A stretch of 63,937 nucleotides of DNA, the filler included, from Kipferlia bialata (lineage: Eukaryota): NCBI GenBank assembly GCA_003568945.1. It is 8 parts of 8 records of this genome, joined end to end, with 100 filler letters (N's around TTAATTAATTAA, not from the genome) between each part and the next. Parts side by side here need not be neighbours in the genome. Positions count along the whole stretch, not along the records: positions 1 to 9,941 come from BDIP01001531.1; positions 10,042 to 15,568 come from BDIP01001532.1; 6 more parts are not named here. One strand, given 5' to 3'. The translations under genes and the position numbers were made by a program. Positions 1-12,309 of the stretch are shown here, one piece after another (the first letter of the stretch is position 1; each line of letters begins with the position of its first letter). The notes beneath the pieces are model-generated. The model did no database searches and was not told the origin of the DNA. It saw only the letters and a list, made by a program, of their open reading frames with translations.

Positions 1-1840
1 GGGCACACTGGTCAGGGCCTGGGCGAGGGAGGAAGCCCCAGTGGCAGTGATCTCGCGGTTGTTAAGACCGATCTGGAGGTCAGAAGTCCATTGTGAAACA
101 ATTGTAACTTGCAAATGATCCATGTAAAGTGATATCAGCAACGGAGATCCTAAATCCAACGAGAGACACAGACCAGACACCACTATCCCTAACGCATTAT
201 AGATTACCAGAATGGGTGGCGGTACAAGACACACTGAACAAGTGCATATACCCACCTCCTCCAGCTTTGGAACCAGGTGAAGGGCCTGGGCCACAGCAGT
301 GACACCTTCATCACCGAAAGAGTTTAAGGTTAGATCCAGCTGAGTCAGTAGGAGATAGAAAGCATAGACTACATGTAGATACTAATGTCTCCAAAAATAT
401 TTGACAATGTCACTCATAACTGAAACAAGAGTGTCCAGCTAACAGTAGAAGCATCCTATTAACATCAGAGAGTCAGATATCCATATATCCATAAAATATA
501 ACGTTCTGAACACCAATTATCAAGAATGCGAAGCCAGTACAGAGAGAGGACAACATCAAGCCAAATCACTATATGACCTAATAATATTGCTTCATGAACC
601 AATGCACTATCGCACAACCACTTGACACGTCATATGTACACTCATATATGTACCATACACATACTACCCTCAAATTGAACTCCTTCAAGCAACGTGTACA
701 CATTCAGTATGTATGAGACATATGTATCATAAGAGAGGGCATGTGCAGAGTCTGCACTGTCGACCCACCTTCTTCAGATTCGGCACACTGGTCAGGGCCT
801 GGGCGAGGGAGGAAGCCCCAGTGGCAGTTATCTTGTTGTGGGAGAGATCGAGCTGGAGGTCAGGGTTTCCATAGGTGCTTGAGTAGACAATCATTCATAT
901 AGAAGTGTGTGTTATCAGAGTAACCAAATACTAGGAGATATATAGACCGCCAGCTTTTCATGTAGCCCCATTGGAGTAAGAAATAAAGGGTGGCAGGACA
1001 AATACAACGGCAGTAGCATGTACACCCACCTCCTCCAGCCCTGGAACCAAGTGAAGTGCCTGGGCCACAGCAGTGGCGCCATCGTCGCCAAGGCTTTCCA
1101 TAAACATGACTTTGGAGCTTAGATGAAGCTGAAGTCAGAGGGAGTCCACTTACCACACACCTGACAAAGAGAATAGAGAGGAGCTAACATTTGTTACACA
1201 CTCAAACAAATACACCTGGAATACAGCTTGAACAGAGAACAACACTATACGGTGTGACACATCATGAAGGACATTGTCAGTATTGTACTCTTTCAAGAGC
1301 GACAGAGATACAAGTAGCTCTAAGAGTATCATCTGCCTATATTTTATTATACCAATTTTTGATATGTCACCTTGAGTAGATTGGGAAACAAGGCAAGGGC
1401 CTCAACCACTGTTGGCACAAAACCAGTCCTGTCCACTATATTGGAAGCATCCAACTAACAGTCAGTGGCCAGGAAGAGACGTGAAGTATTCAGAACGGAA
1501 CAACACAAGAAGGGGGGGGGGAGTTAGAGAGAGATATGGGATGATACTACAACAAATATCATGCGCGAGAGGTGGGACAAGAGCAGAGGTGAAGACTGGG
1601 TGACTGTACAATCTGACATATGCATGAATTGTTCATCCTCTCAGTGACAGCATCCCCTACACTACACCACAACCCACCAGCATCGTGCTAGTGTATATAT
1701 ACCACCCCAGCCAGTACCTCTGTTCCCCCTCCCTCCTGGCACTGCCTCAGGGCCTTGACTAACCATCGATTCTCACACCTCAGGCACAAGGCCTCAAACA
1801 TCGTCTCTCTCTCCCTCTCCCCAGTCTCTTGACCCTCCAT
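1..1840 (-). CDS. Leucine-rich repeat protein (RNI/NLRC3-like 28-aa LRRs), spliced, 3' end runs off the window
   Basis: Phase-0 GT-AG exons each encoding one LRR: 1371-1454 LDASNIVDRTGFVPTVVEALALFPNLLK, 1030-1128 LHLSSKVMFMESLGDDGATAVAQALHLVPGLEE, 769-852 LDLSHNKITATGASSLAQALTSVPNLKK, 256-339 LDLTLNSFGDEGVTAVAQALHLVPKLEE, <1-72 IGLNNREITATGASSLAQALTSVP. Probable ATG at 1840 (MEGQETGE...); the 5' exon structure is uncertain. Confidence 0.85.
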
Positions 1841-2102
1841 TATGTATGTGAACCTATCACTGTGTGTCTTAGGTGTTGTTGGTGGCCGTGGAGTCTCGGT
1901 TGGCAGTTGGAACAGTAGACACTCAGATGAGAAGTTTTTGCTGGAGAACAACAAGAGGGTTTACGTTTCACACCTGACACTTGACCTTTCATAGGCACAG
2001 TGAGACGCTTTGGGTGTAAGTATCTGCCTAGCCTGGCGTCAGCACATCTAGTGCGTCAGCGGGAGAGTCAGAGAGCGGCTGCCTCCCTCGTGGGATATAG
2101 AC

Positions 2103-5100
2103 ATGTCAGCCAAGGACCCAGATCCGGGGATAGAGGGGGAGAGGGAGAGAGAGGGAGAGGGATCCCTTCCCTCTGTGCAGTACCCGCTCTCACTATCCAC
2201 ACTGGGCTACCCTAGTGCCCCTAGTGCCTCTAGTGTGTCTGGTGGAGTACATGCAGTGGGTGCTGGGGATGTGAGTATGGAGGGCGAGGGTACAGAGGGT
2301 GCTATGGGTGCATCTATGGGTCTGCCCCCCAGCATACCCCCCATACCTCTGATGCACGGCATGCTGGGTAGGCCGTCCATGCCCCCTGTGCCTGTGGACA
2401 TGCACCAGGGGGGGATGGGAGTGCAGAGTAGCGCACCCCTCTCCATCCCACTCAATGTCTCAATCCACCCTCATATTGGTGAGAGTCACGCTGTAGGTAC
2501 TGTAGGTGCTACAGGGAGTGTAGGGTGTGTGGGTTCTGCAGGAGATGCAGCAGTGGTGCCTAGTGGTGCGGGTGGTGCTGCCCCCCCAGTGGGATATGGG
2601 GTGGATACCCTGCCCCATGTATCTACAACTGTATCTCCCCTTGCACCTGGTGAGGCAGAGGTAGAGACAGAGGCTGAGGCTGAGATGCATGTGTACACTG
2701 TGCCCCTGTTCCCATCACGGTCATGCTGCGGGGCAAGGTATGTGTTTGTCACTCTCCATATTCATATATGTGTGTGTCTCTCTAAGCTTATGTATATCCC
2801 TGTTAATTCCTCTTGGTATCAATCAGATATGCGGATGTGATATATCTATATATATTGTATCACACACTCTCTACCCCCCCCCCCCACCCCCCCACCCTTT
2901 CATGGGTATTTACATTACATCATTTGATTGATTTGCTTCCAATTCATACACCTAATTTGTCTCACCCCAGACCTCTGCCTCTGGTCAGTGGTCCCAGGTG
3001 CAGGGTGTATCCATGGATGGGTCCTCTCACCCACACACCCACTCCCACACCCAGAGCCATGGTCATGGTCATGGTGCCATGAGTATGGGCATGTCTACTA
3101 TGGGACACCAGGGGCAGGGGGGCATGCACGCTGGGGGGTCACTGAGTTCTGATACTCTAGGGGTCAGAGATCAGATGCATAGTATCCAAGGAGATGCCTC
3201 TGGACACCTATCAACTGTCTCTGCTGTATCTACAACCCAGACCAACCAGGCCTCTCCCCCCCACACCCTATCCCATGCCGCCCAGTCTGGATACCACCAC
3301 CACTCCTATGCCACCTCTTCCCACACTCTACTCGCTGCCCCCCCTAAGTACGCAAACCCAGCCTATAACCACTCCCGCACCCTGGGTGTGGGTATGGGCC
3401 ATGCCCCTCCTGATGGTAGTCTCGACCTCACTGCACTGCGCAGTCTGACCCACCGTCTGAGGGTGCTCTACACTGTGCACAGACACCTGTGTGAGATGGC
3501 ATCCACCACAGCCTGTGCCTGTACCAAGGCGTGTGTCAGGTACCAGACCATGCCGCAGCAGATGCAGGGGAATGGCAGGGCGGGACCACGATCTGCGTAC
3601 CCGACCCACCGCCCTCCTGTCTATACAGGTCAGCCTCCTGCCCTCCAGGGCCATGACTCCAGGTACCCTAGGGCCAAGGGGTACCCCATGGCCCCTCGGC
3701 CCAGAGTCATCTCCCGGGCCCCTGCCCCAGCCACCTCCCTCTCTGGATACACCCACTCGGCTGCATCCTATACCAGCCCAGGGACCAGCCCTCAGAAGGA
3801 GGAGGTCACAAGGGGGCCCATCCTCGCCAGTTCGGCCTCGTACTCCGCCACCGGCACATACAGTGTGCCGATCCCAGGTCTGCTGGCCAAGGTGAGGGCA
3901 GCCAATGCCCAGACTGCCAGGCAGACCCCCTCCAACCAGAGCATGGGGGTGGGGGGCAGTGGACAGATGACAAGGATCCACCCCTACTCTGCACAGAGCA
4001 CGGTGGGGGTGGGGCCTGCTGTCATGCCCCTGGGGGAGGTCAATGTGGTGTCGCAAGGTACAGTTGTCTTTTGTAATTATGGTATTGAAGGTTCTTCTGT
4101 TGGATGTGTCTCTCTTCCGTCCTCTGACCCCAGATGACTCTGTCCTCGTGCACTGTGGGTATCTACCCACTGGTAGGCTTCGCACCGGAGTCACTGTGTA
4201 TGACTTTGTGTGTGCCGTGCCCTGTGACTATGTCGAGGCCTCAGGGAGTGGGCCAGTTGCGGCATCTGCTAGTGAGTACCAGGGTTCCCAGTTGGTGTCG
4301 TCCCCAGCTGTTCTGGAGATCCCACGGCTCGGGCCAGGCACCACCTCCGACCCCCAGTCTGTTGGTACCCTGTCCCACCCACCCCCCCAGACTCAGACAG
4401 TACCCAGGGTCACCAGCACCGACCAATACTCCCCTGGGTCGGGATACCACCCAGCCGTACTCACCACCCCAGGCCATGCGGCCATAGTGGCATCACTTCT
4501 AGGCCAGCAGCACAAGGCGCAGACTGAGACTGCGCCTGTGGTATCAGCACCCACCACCCAGAGGGGGAAGGGTCGGCCTGCCCAGCGCCGACAGGCAGTA
4601 CGTAGGCCCACTTCCAAGCAGGCGTCGCAGTATCCCCGCCCCAAAGTACAGGTACAGGTTGGGCCTGTGGTGCGTACCCACTATGTGTTTGACGAGACAT
4701 CTGTTGTCACGGCCAGACGCACTGTGGAGCATGCCGTTGCCTGTATCCGGAGGTACATCACAGAGCACCACTCCGGCAGGGCCTGTGTGAAGCTGTGCCT
4801 CGACCGACTGCTGGCATCCACCCCCAGGGACTGTGGCATCCTGGCCCACTCCCTGGCCTCACTCATCCGGAGTGCAGGGCTGGGCCGCATAGAGGTGTCG
4901 CTGGTGAGGCCGGGCCACCACCCCATGGCCTATACCGACTACACCAGTGAGTGGATGCCGGGCCAGGCCATCAGCCCAGGCATGGGTGTTAGATGGTTGC
5001 TGCCAGACGCCTCTGCCCACCCCTCTCCCTCTCGGTCTGCACCTGTGACGGACGGGTCTGTCTGTGTGATGCACCCCTACGACTTCACAGACGTCGCCAT

Positions 5101-7929
5101 CATATACCCAGAGGCCCCCGACCTCGTGCCATGTGCCTACTGGGAGCTGTTTCCAGAAGCCGACCCGTCTCGGGCTGCCCTGGTCCAGACCCACGGCCCT
5201 GCCCTCTCTCTCTGCCCTGTGGGCATCAGGGCCCAGGCTGTACACCCTGACACTGTGAGGGCCGTCCATGAGGTACAGACGCAGCACATGGAGATGGCAC
5301 AGCGGGAGACACAGAGTGAGACCCACAGCCCAGACCCCATGTATGAGGGCCAGGGGGTGGGGGACAATACCCGTGGCAGCATGGGGTCCACCACTGGTGT
5401 GAATGCCTTGACTGAGAGGGGTGGTGTCAACCAGGGTATGTCCCTGGGGGTGATTGGGCCTGCTGGCAAGCTTGCCCCAGACCATATGGGTGATGCTGGG
5501 GTGGAGTCCAGAAGGGACATCAACCCCCCAATGATGGGGGATATACTGTCCGGGGGTCTGTTGGGGGGTCTGGCAGATGCCGACCTGGGCTCCTTTGGGA
5601 GTCTGGGCAGCATCGGCGCTGGGGGTCTTGGCTCCCTAGGGAGTGTGGGGCAGGATGCTACAGCCCAGGGCCTCAACCAAGGCACGCAGCCCAACACAGT
5701 GGGGGACATGGGCGTTGGGCTGGGCAGCATCCCCTCCCAACCCATGGATGCCCCAGGCGGGTTTGGCCAGATCGCCCCCTCCAGTCTGTTCGATGCCTCC
5801 TTCGATGCCTCCTTCGATGGACTTGGGGCCATGCCGACTGGGGAGGACACCTTGGGCCAGGGGGTCACAGGGATGGGGTCCATCATACAGAGTGTGGGGG
5901 GGGACCTCCTGGGAGACGTGACCGACCTTTACGCCACAGGGCAGGTGAGAGTGAATGTGTGTCAATGTTCTGGTGTCTATTTGGCTGTCTCCCTTCTGAC
6001 CCCCAGTCTCTCAACATCCCTGTCCCCATGTCTCCCCTTGACTCCATGGATGCCCTCATGTCTGACATGACAACCATGTCTGCGCCCACCCTTCCCACCT
6101 CACCTGAGGCAGAGGGGGAGGGGGAGGGGGCTGGCGGTGCCGAGGGGGATGTCAGTGCTAGCGGAGAGAAGGAGACACCTGGTGATGGGAAGGCAGATGC
6201 CACAGGAGACCTCCATGCTGACCCGCTCCCTGTCTCCCACAGCCTGATGACCCAGGTGCCCATGCCCCTGGGTGACATGATGGGGGACCTCGACTCCTAT
6301 GGGTCGATGGCATCCCTGGGATCACTGGGGGCCATAGGGTCTATGGGGTCTATGGGGGACATGGGGGATATGGGAGATATGCGGTCCTTCGGCTCGCTGG
6401 GTTCCCTCGGCTCCATAGGCAGCCAGGGGGGCCTTTCCCTAGGATCTCTGGGCTCTATCCCATCTGTGGGCACTGACTCTGGACCGGGCCTCATGCAGGA
6501 CGTGCCCCAGGCCACCACATTTGGCTCCGATCAGACGTCTGCTGCGGATGATACCGCTGGCACTGCCCAGGGTGTATCCCAGCCAGCCCCTCCCCAGGCC
6601 CCCGTGCCACCCTTACTCAAGCGCCGGGCTGGGGTATACCACGACAACCAGGTGGGCTACTCCCGTGCTGTCACGCGTGTGCCCAAGTCCCAGACCCTGG
6701 ATGCACCCATGGCAGACAGACAGGACAGGCAGAGTCAGCAGCTGGTGAAGGTGGGTGCTGATGCCCAGGGCGGAAGGGCCAGTGGGTACCCTGGCACATA
6801 CAGTGCCTCAGAGTACTCCAGAGACACGCAGGTGCCTCCGTCCCGTCCGGCTAGTATCCGCCGTGTGTACGTGGCCCCTGCCTCTGCCCTCCCCTCCTCC
6901 TTCAACCTGTCTGCCATGGCCAAGGGTCCCTCTGCTGCTGGGTCTGCCTCTGGCCAGGACTCTCGCCAGACCCAGGGTGATAGGGCGGGTGGTGATGTGG
7001 CTGGAGGTAGGGGTGCCATGGTTGCACACCCCTCTAGCAATGGGGTATCTACCATGCACCAGCCCCGCCAGACCCTGACACCACGGGGCATGGATACAGG
7101 TGCCAGGTATGGACAGTATGACGTGGACAGACACCAGCAGATGAATGGGTATGCAGACTCATCTGTGGCACAGGGGAGTGGCCTAGCAGAGTATGGCAGG
7201 AGAGGGGGACAGGGTAGGCGTGGTAATGCACGCAATGCACAGGAGCCTGACGCTGCCAGGTCTAGATCCACCTCCACAGCCCACCTCCTGTCCTATCTCT
7301 CCCACAGAGACGTTGCCAGGTGTCTCGAGCCGCCCCTCCAGTCAGACCCCCAGTCCATGCCACCGGCAGCACTCTCGGAACGATCCGTTGGTCTGCTTCT
7401 CAACTACCTCAGGAGCCAGGCCCCGACCTCTACCCCTGCCTATGCGGGTGCGGGACACGGGGCAGAAGGAACGGCAGGGAGTAACCCCCATGGGATGCGT
7501 GACCAGTGGCACACTAGGATGAGTGGGTCTGTGGCTGCATTGCATGCTGCCCTGTCTGGCGCAGGGGAGAGGCTGGGGGTGGAGGCCAGGCAGCACATTG
7601 CAGAGGTGCTCTCTCACACAGAGGCCCACATGCAGTCCAACCGCCCCCCTCCCCCTCCCCTCCCCCCCTCCAGCGGCGTCCCCCCCTCCCCCATGTGGGA
7701 CTGTGACGTCGCCACCCGCCTGTCCCTAGACCCCTTGTCCGACCAAGTCAGGGAGGCGTGCATAGACTTTGTGTCCCAGGACCACCGGATGTCGGTGCTT
7801 AGACGCATCAGGGCTAGGCCTGTCTACCCCAACACCCTCATCGGCCACCTCGGAGACATGGTGGGGAGGGGCCTGGGGGCAGAGCTCTTCAACTTAGACA
7901 GCCAGTCAGGTCTATGGGGATTCCCATAG
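2103..7929 (+). CDS. Large (~1,800 aa) low-complexity G/S/P/M-rich protein of unknown function, about 4 exons
   Basis: Long ORFs join in frame across GT-AG introns 4058-4133 (CAA G|AT) and 5945-6006 (CAG|TCT). Exon 2 starts at 2971; the first intron donor is uncertain. Contains repeated GSLGS(I/L)G motifs. Confidence 0.75.
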
Positions 7930-8747
7930 CATGCCAAAGGTGGCCTGTGTGTTTAGTGTCCGGTGAGCAGTAGTGTGATGTGTGTTGTTTGGTGTATTGG
8001 TAGGGTCCCCATGATCCCTACCCCAAGTTGGATCAGCTTGGTTTTGTGTGATATCTACTTTTGGCATTGACCCCTGTCCTGGGTCGGTGTCAGACTCAGA
8101 AAGAGAGTCTCTTTCTTAGGACTTGAGGCGGAAGAGACATACCCTTCCGTGACTAGAACACTCTTCTGTCGATTGACAGTTATTGGTTACTGGTACTGTC
8201 AAAGCAGAGTGAGTCTCATTATTGAGGTGAAATGTATATATATGGACTAACTGCTGCCACTTCTAGCAGTTCAACCTCGAATGATACACCTGTATCTATT
8301 CACCTTCCTTCAGAGACACCCTACGTATGTGTGTGTACTACACAATACGGTGCCTGCTACTGTATAACCACTAGCCACTCGCTGTGTGTCGAGGGATCAC
8401 ACCAGTCAATGGACGTGACTGTCACACGAATCGCTACACACGAATCACAACACACATACGTCTCATGACACATCGTATGATGCCCCAGTAAGAGTTTACC
8501 AGTGAATCAGTGTATGAACAACTATGTAGTCGGCGGAGACTCCTAGTACTGTACTCAGACTGCTTGGCAAATGATGATGTGCTACAGGTACAGAGCTGGA
8601 GCTGGCAACGCTATGTACGGCCCCATTCTTAGAGCATATATCTAACTCAGAAGAGTGAGGAGACCTCTGCCCATGGTGGTGTGTGATGCAAACCGAAAGA
8701 GCACACATACTGGGGCTCTCAGATGCGGTATCTGACCCCCATAAGAG

Positions 8748-9557
8748 TCACAGTCCTGATAGGAAGTCGGACAGACTGAGCTCTGGGGCGCCTCCCCTCT
8801 TGCCCTTGCCCTTTCCCTTGCCCTTAGGCTTGGCCTTAGGCTTAGCCTTCTTCTTGGGATTCCCAGCACTACCAGTGTTAGTAGCCTTGGACTTATCCTT
8901 GGCGGCACTTCCAGACTGGAGTGCCTTACTCGTACCCTTGCCCTTGCCCTTGTCACTACTGCTAACACCACTACTCCCAGACACACCAGTCCCCTTAGAC
9001 CCCTTGGACCCCTTAGACCCCTCAGACCCCTGGGCCACTGTGTTACTCCTGAATGTATCCATGCTATAGAGGGAGGTTGCTGGGGCGGCTGCTCCCCCTG
9101 TCCTATCACTCTTCTGAGGCCCTGTGCCCTTAGCCTGCTTGCCCTTGAGAGACCTGCTGATCTGCTTCTTGCTAGTGATCAGGCGCATCCCCTGCTGCCC
9201 ACACACAGTACATGTGGCCACCACGTGCCCCTTCTGCACACACATCGAGGCAGAGGCCCCTGCTATCAGATACGCCCCACACCTGGGACACATCTGCCTG
9301 GCCATGCGCTGCGGCAGGGCTGGGGGTGAGGGCTCTAACAGAAGAATCTCCGGGTGGAGTCTAAAATTGGACACCGTGAGGGCAGACAGATGTACAATAT
9401 TAGAGGAATGGAGATAGGACTCACCCTTGTCATCCTTGGCTAGCTCAGTCTGTATCAGCTGTCCGTAATGTTGAGACAGACGGGGGTGGTTGCAGGTAAG
9501 ACTGTAGAGCTTCAGCAGGTGGGTCACCCGCCCTGAAGCCTCTGCTGTTTTGGACAT
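8748..9557 (-). CDS. RPP21: RNase P/MRP subunit Rpp21/Rpr2-like zinc-ribbon protein with a Lys-rich C-terminal tail
   Basis: RLSQHYG...LPQRMARQMCPRCGAYLIAG...VATCTVCG (CxxC...CxxC) matches the Rpr2 pattern. In-frame 105-nt intron at 9320-9424 (GTGAGT...CTCACCCCCAG). ATG at 9557. Confidence 0.8.
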   Translation of the reverse strand: MSKTAEASGRVTHLLKLYSLTCNHPRLSQHYGQLIQTELAKDDKGESYLHSSNIVHLSALTVSNFRLHPEILLLEPSPPALPQRMARQMCPRCGAYLIAGASASMCVQKGHVVATCTVCGQQGMRLITSKKQISRSLKGKQAKGTGPQKSDRTGGAAAPATSLYSMDTFRSNTVAQGSEGSKGSKGSKGTGVSGSSGVSSSDKGKGKGTSKALQSGSAAKDKSKATNTGSAGNPKKKAKPKAKPKGKGKGKGKRGGAPELSLSDFLSGL

Positions 9558-9722
9558 TACTGATATCAAGGAAGAGAGCTGGTTTGACTCAGCCTCAAGA
9601 CGGCAGAAACATGTCTAGACCCTTCTGCCGGAGACTTGGCCCTGACTCAGAGGTCTCTCCTGTCCACCCACCTCTGCATATCGTACTAAACCCAAAGCAC
9701 CCGTTGGTTGTGACTATTCAAA

Positions 9723-9801
9723 ATGGATGAGACCAGCAGTGAGAGCGACAGCTCTTGTGTCCGTCCTCTGAAGGTGGTCATTCTTGGAGATGGAGCTGTA
9801 G
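9723..9801 (+). CDS. First exon of a Rab-family small GTPase (Rab28-like); the rest lies beyond the contig end
   Basis: MDETSSESDSSCVRPLKVVILGDGAVG followed by a GTGAGT donor. This is the start of the G1 P-loop, and the acidic N-terminus resembles Rab28. Confidence 0.75.
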
Positions 9802-9895
9802 GTGAGTGTGCCGCCTCTCTCCTCTCAGTGCATGGGCCTTTATAGCACCATTAGTGTTTGTACTGTATGAATGTCTTATAATACGATACCTTCTC

Positions 9896-9941
<46 letters not shown>

Positions 9942-10041
9942 NNNNNNNNNNNNNNNNNNNNNNNNNNNNNNNNNNNNNNNNNNNNTTAATTAATTAANNN
10001 NNNNNNNNNNNNNNNNNNNNNNNNNNNNNNNNNNNNNNNNN
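9942..10041. other. Artificial contig linker (N44-TTAATTAATTAA-N44)
   Basis: Six-frame stop linker between N runs. Identical linkers at 15569-15668, 25602-25701, 35631-35730, 45653-45752, 55674-55773 and 60619-60718. A plain scaffold gap lies at 54066-54183. Confidence 0.98.
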
Positions 10042-10172
10042 GTACGAGACGTCTCAATTGATGCCGGCGGTAGAATCACCGGCGTCTCTTGAATCTGTTT
10101 GGAAAAGAAATCTATTGCTGTTTGGAAAAGGGGGCCTGATAAGAGTATCTTCCTCTCTATTGAAGCAGAGAC

Positions 10173-11997
10173 ATGCATACCCCTACCACGTTGGACACAG
10201 AGACATTCACTGTTGATACCTACGTAGATCTGTCCCTGTACTTCCACCCCAGGGGGGGTGATGGGGAGAGGGCCTGTAAGGCGGCAGGTTGCTTAAAGGC
10301 ATATGCTGGTGAGTAGAGATGCGTATCTCTTCTAAAGATACGTATATAGTCTTGTCTTTAGATTCTCTGTCTTCGGTTCGTACTATAACGATCTATTACG
10401 TATAGATGTACATATACAATCACTATATTACCCCAATCTCATTTGTATCATATCACAGTACACATGATGTCTTAACGACAGGCACATCAGATATGAGGCA
10501 CCACATCTTCTGCAACCACATGGATATAGCCATCCAGAATGGGGATGCTGCCGCCCTATGCTTCGAGTACTTGCGCGAGAGCAAGAAGGCAACTGAGGCT
10601 AGTGAGAGAGAGAGGGGGGAGACAGAGCAGACTGGAGAGACGAGTGTGAGAATCATCACTCCATCCAGTCCCAGTCCTGTACCCGCATCCACTGACAAGT
10701 CGACATGTTCCACAGTGCCCTCTCATCAGTCCAACACTGGCTGTGATACCAATATATCCGGTGCAGCTGTGGGCCTTCACCCCTTGTGCGGTGACCTGGT
10801 CGCATTGGTCATATGGACAGTAGGGGGGTGGGCTGCTAGGTAAGCAGAGAAGGGACACTCTCTGACTCCATTCCCAATTGCTCTCTCTATCGACGACACG
10901 CCATTCCCCTCTCCTTTGACAGAGTGATATACATTCTATACTGTTTGCTTCCCTCTTAGAAATGGATCTACTTCTGTAGTCTATGACTGGATAGAGTATA
11001 TAATACATCTGATTAGTACACCCCCCCTCGTCTACTGCCCATGATGACTCATTAATGATGACTCATCATGCCACCATCACACATATTCATATTAATAGGG
11101 CGACGTGATAGCCACCAGTGACAGAGATACATATACTTAGTATATTACAATATACAATATATACAATATATGTATAGTATCTAATGCATATATTCAATGT
11201 CAATATATTGTCTAAAGTATATACAAAAGTGTACTCTTCACTGACCCTCACCCCTAGGCAGGCGGGGTACACTGGCTGGTCAGAGTATGAGGAGAAGGTT
11301 GAGGTATATCTGCGCTGTATACCGCATGCCAATAGTTGACTATGGTCTGAGTCTCAGACTCTGAGTCGAGTCTCTCATCTCAGGAAGCGAGAATGGAGGC
11401 CAATATCGCCAAGGGTTTTGGCAAACGAAAGGTAATCAATTTGAGAAGTGTTCATAGACATGTATGCAGGTATAGGGTGGATGATATGTATTATATGTGC
11501 AGCTGCGAAGTTGCTGATCGATGTAATATTTGTATTTACATAGTCAGTCTTTGCAGGAGGAGTTTCCTCCTAGTGTCAATACAACTGATTCCCTCTTGAT
11601 CACCTCTTCCGTCTCTTGTCTCCCCTGCCGGCATCAGTGTTGTCACTTCATATGACTTGTAGACAATTTGTGTAGGATACTGTGCATGTATAGATTGAGT
11701 GTGTTAAGCGGATTCCGACACCAGGCGGCCGCTGCCCACCATGACCTAGCCGAGCTAGTCCAGAGTGTAGAGAGGAACCTCCAAGGGTTATCAGTCATCT
11801 CCCTCATAGACTGCCACACACACATATGGCCCGTCACTCCTCTGGACACCAGAGAGCAACAGCTTGCCTTTCTAGAGAAGATGGAGAGTGTAAAGATGCC
11901 CCAGAATTGCGGGGGAACTGAGGGGCTGCAAGAGTTCATTCTCCAGATGTGTGACGTGGTTAGGGAAGGGCGCCGCTTTCCTAAGAGGGTGAGGTAG
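10173..11997 (+). CDS. Hypothetical protein, paralog A of an inverted pair
   Basis: Exons 10173-10308 (MHTPTTLDTETFTVDTYVDLSLYFHPR...), 10482-10839 (TSDMRHHIFCNHMDIAIQNGDAAALCFEYL...), 11258-11303, 11384-11431 and a last exon ending ...EFILQMCDVVREGRRFPKRVR*. Differences from paralog B include synonymous substitutions. Confidence 0.75.
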
Positions 11998-12309
11998 GGG
12001 CTAACCCCCACTCCCCTCCGCTCTCCACTCTGCTATTGCCATATCCTAAGTAGACAATAGGCATCCTCTATTCTCTGCAAGAGCAATAGATCTAATCCCC
12101 CTTTCTCTATTGAATTGTTGCCATAGAGTGTAACCAAACTGTAGGGTAAAACCTTTTCTTTTGAGCTAGACACTTGAGATCCCTAATTCTAACCAATCTC
12201 TCTCCCCCTCTCCCTCTCTCTGTCTCTCTCTCTCTATATATATATGTGTGTGTGCACATATATGTACAATACATCCCCACCCTCTCCTATATACTGTCTG
12301 CCTCTATCC

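Noticed and set aside
3328..7808. Many long antisense and alternative-frame ORFs
   Set aside because: They are shadows of the GC-rich plus-strand gene, with no independent motifs or splice structure.
9986..9997. Recurrent palindromic TTAATTAATTAA motif
   Set aside because: Always centred in a 100-nt N linker; it is an artificial six-frame-stop spacer, not a biological site.
10224..10252. Possible 29-nt micro-intron (GT...CCACCCCAG) in both paralogs
   Set aside because: It reads through in frame in both copies with synonymous differences (VDLSLYFHPR / VNLSLYFHPR), so it is coding.
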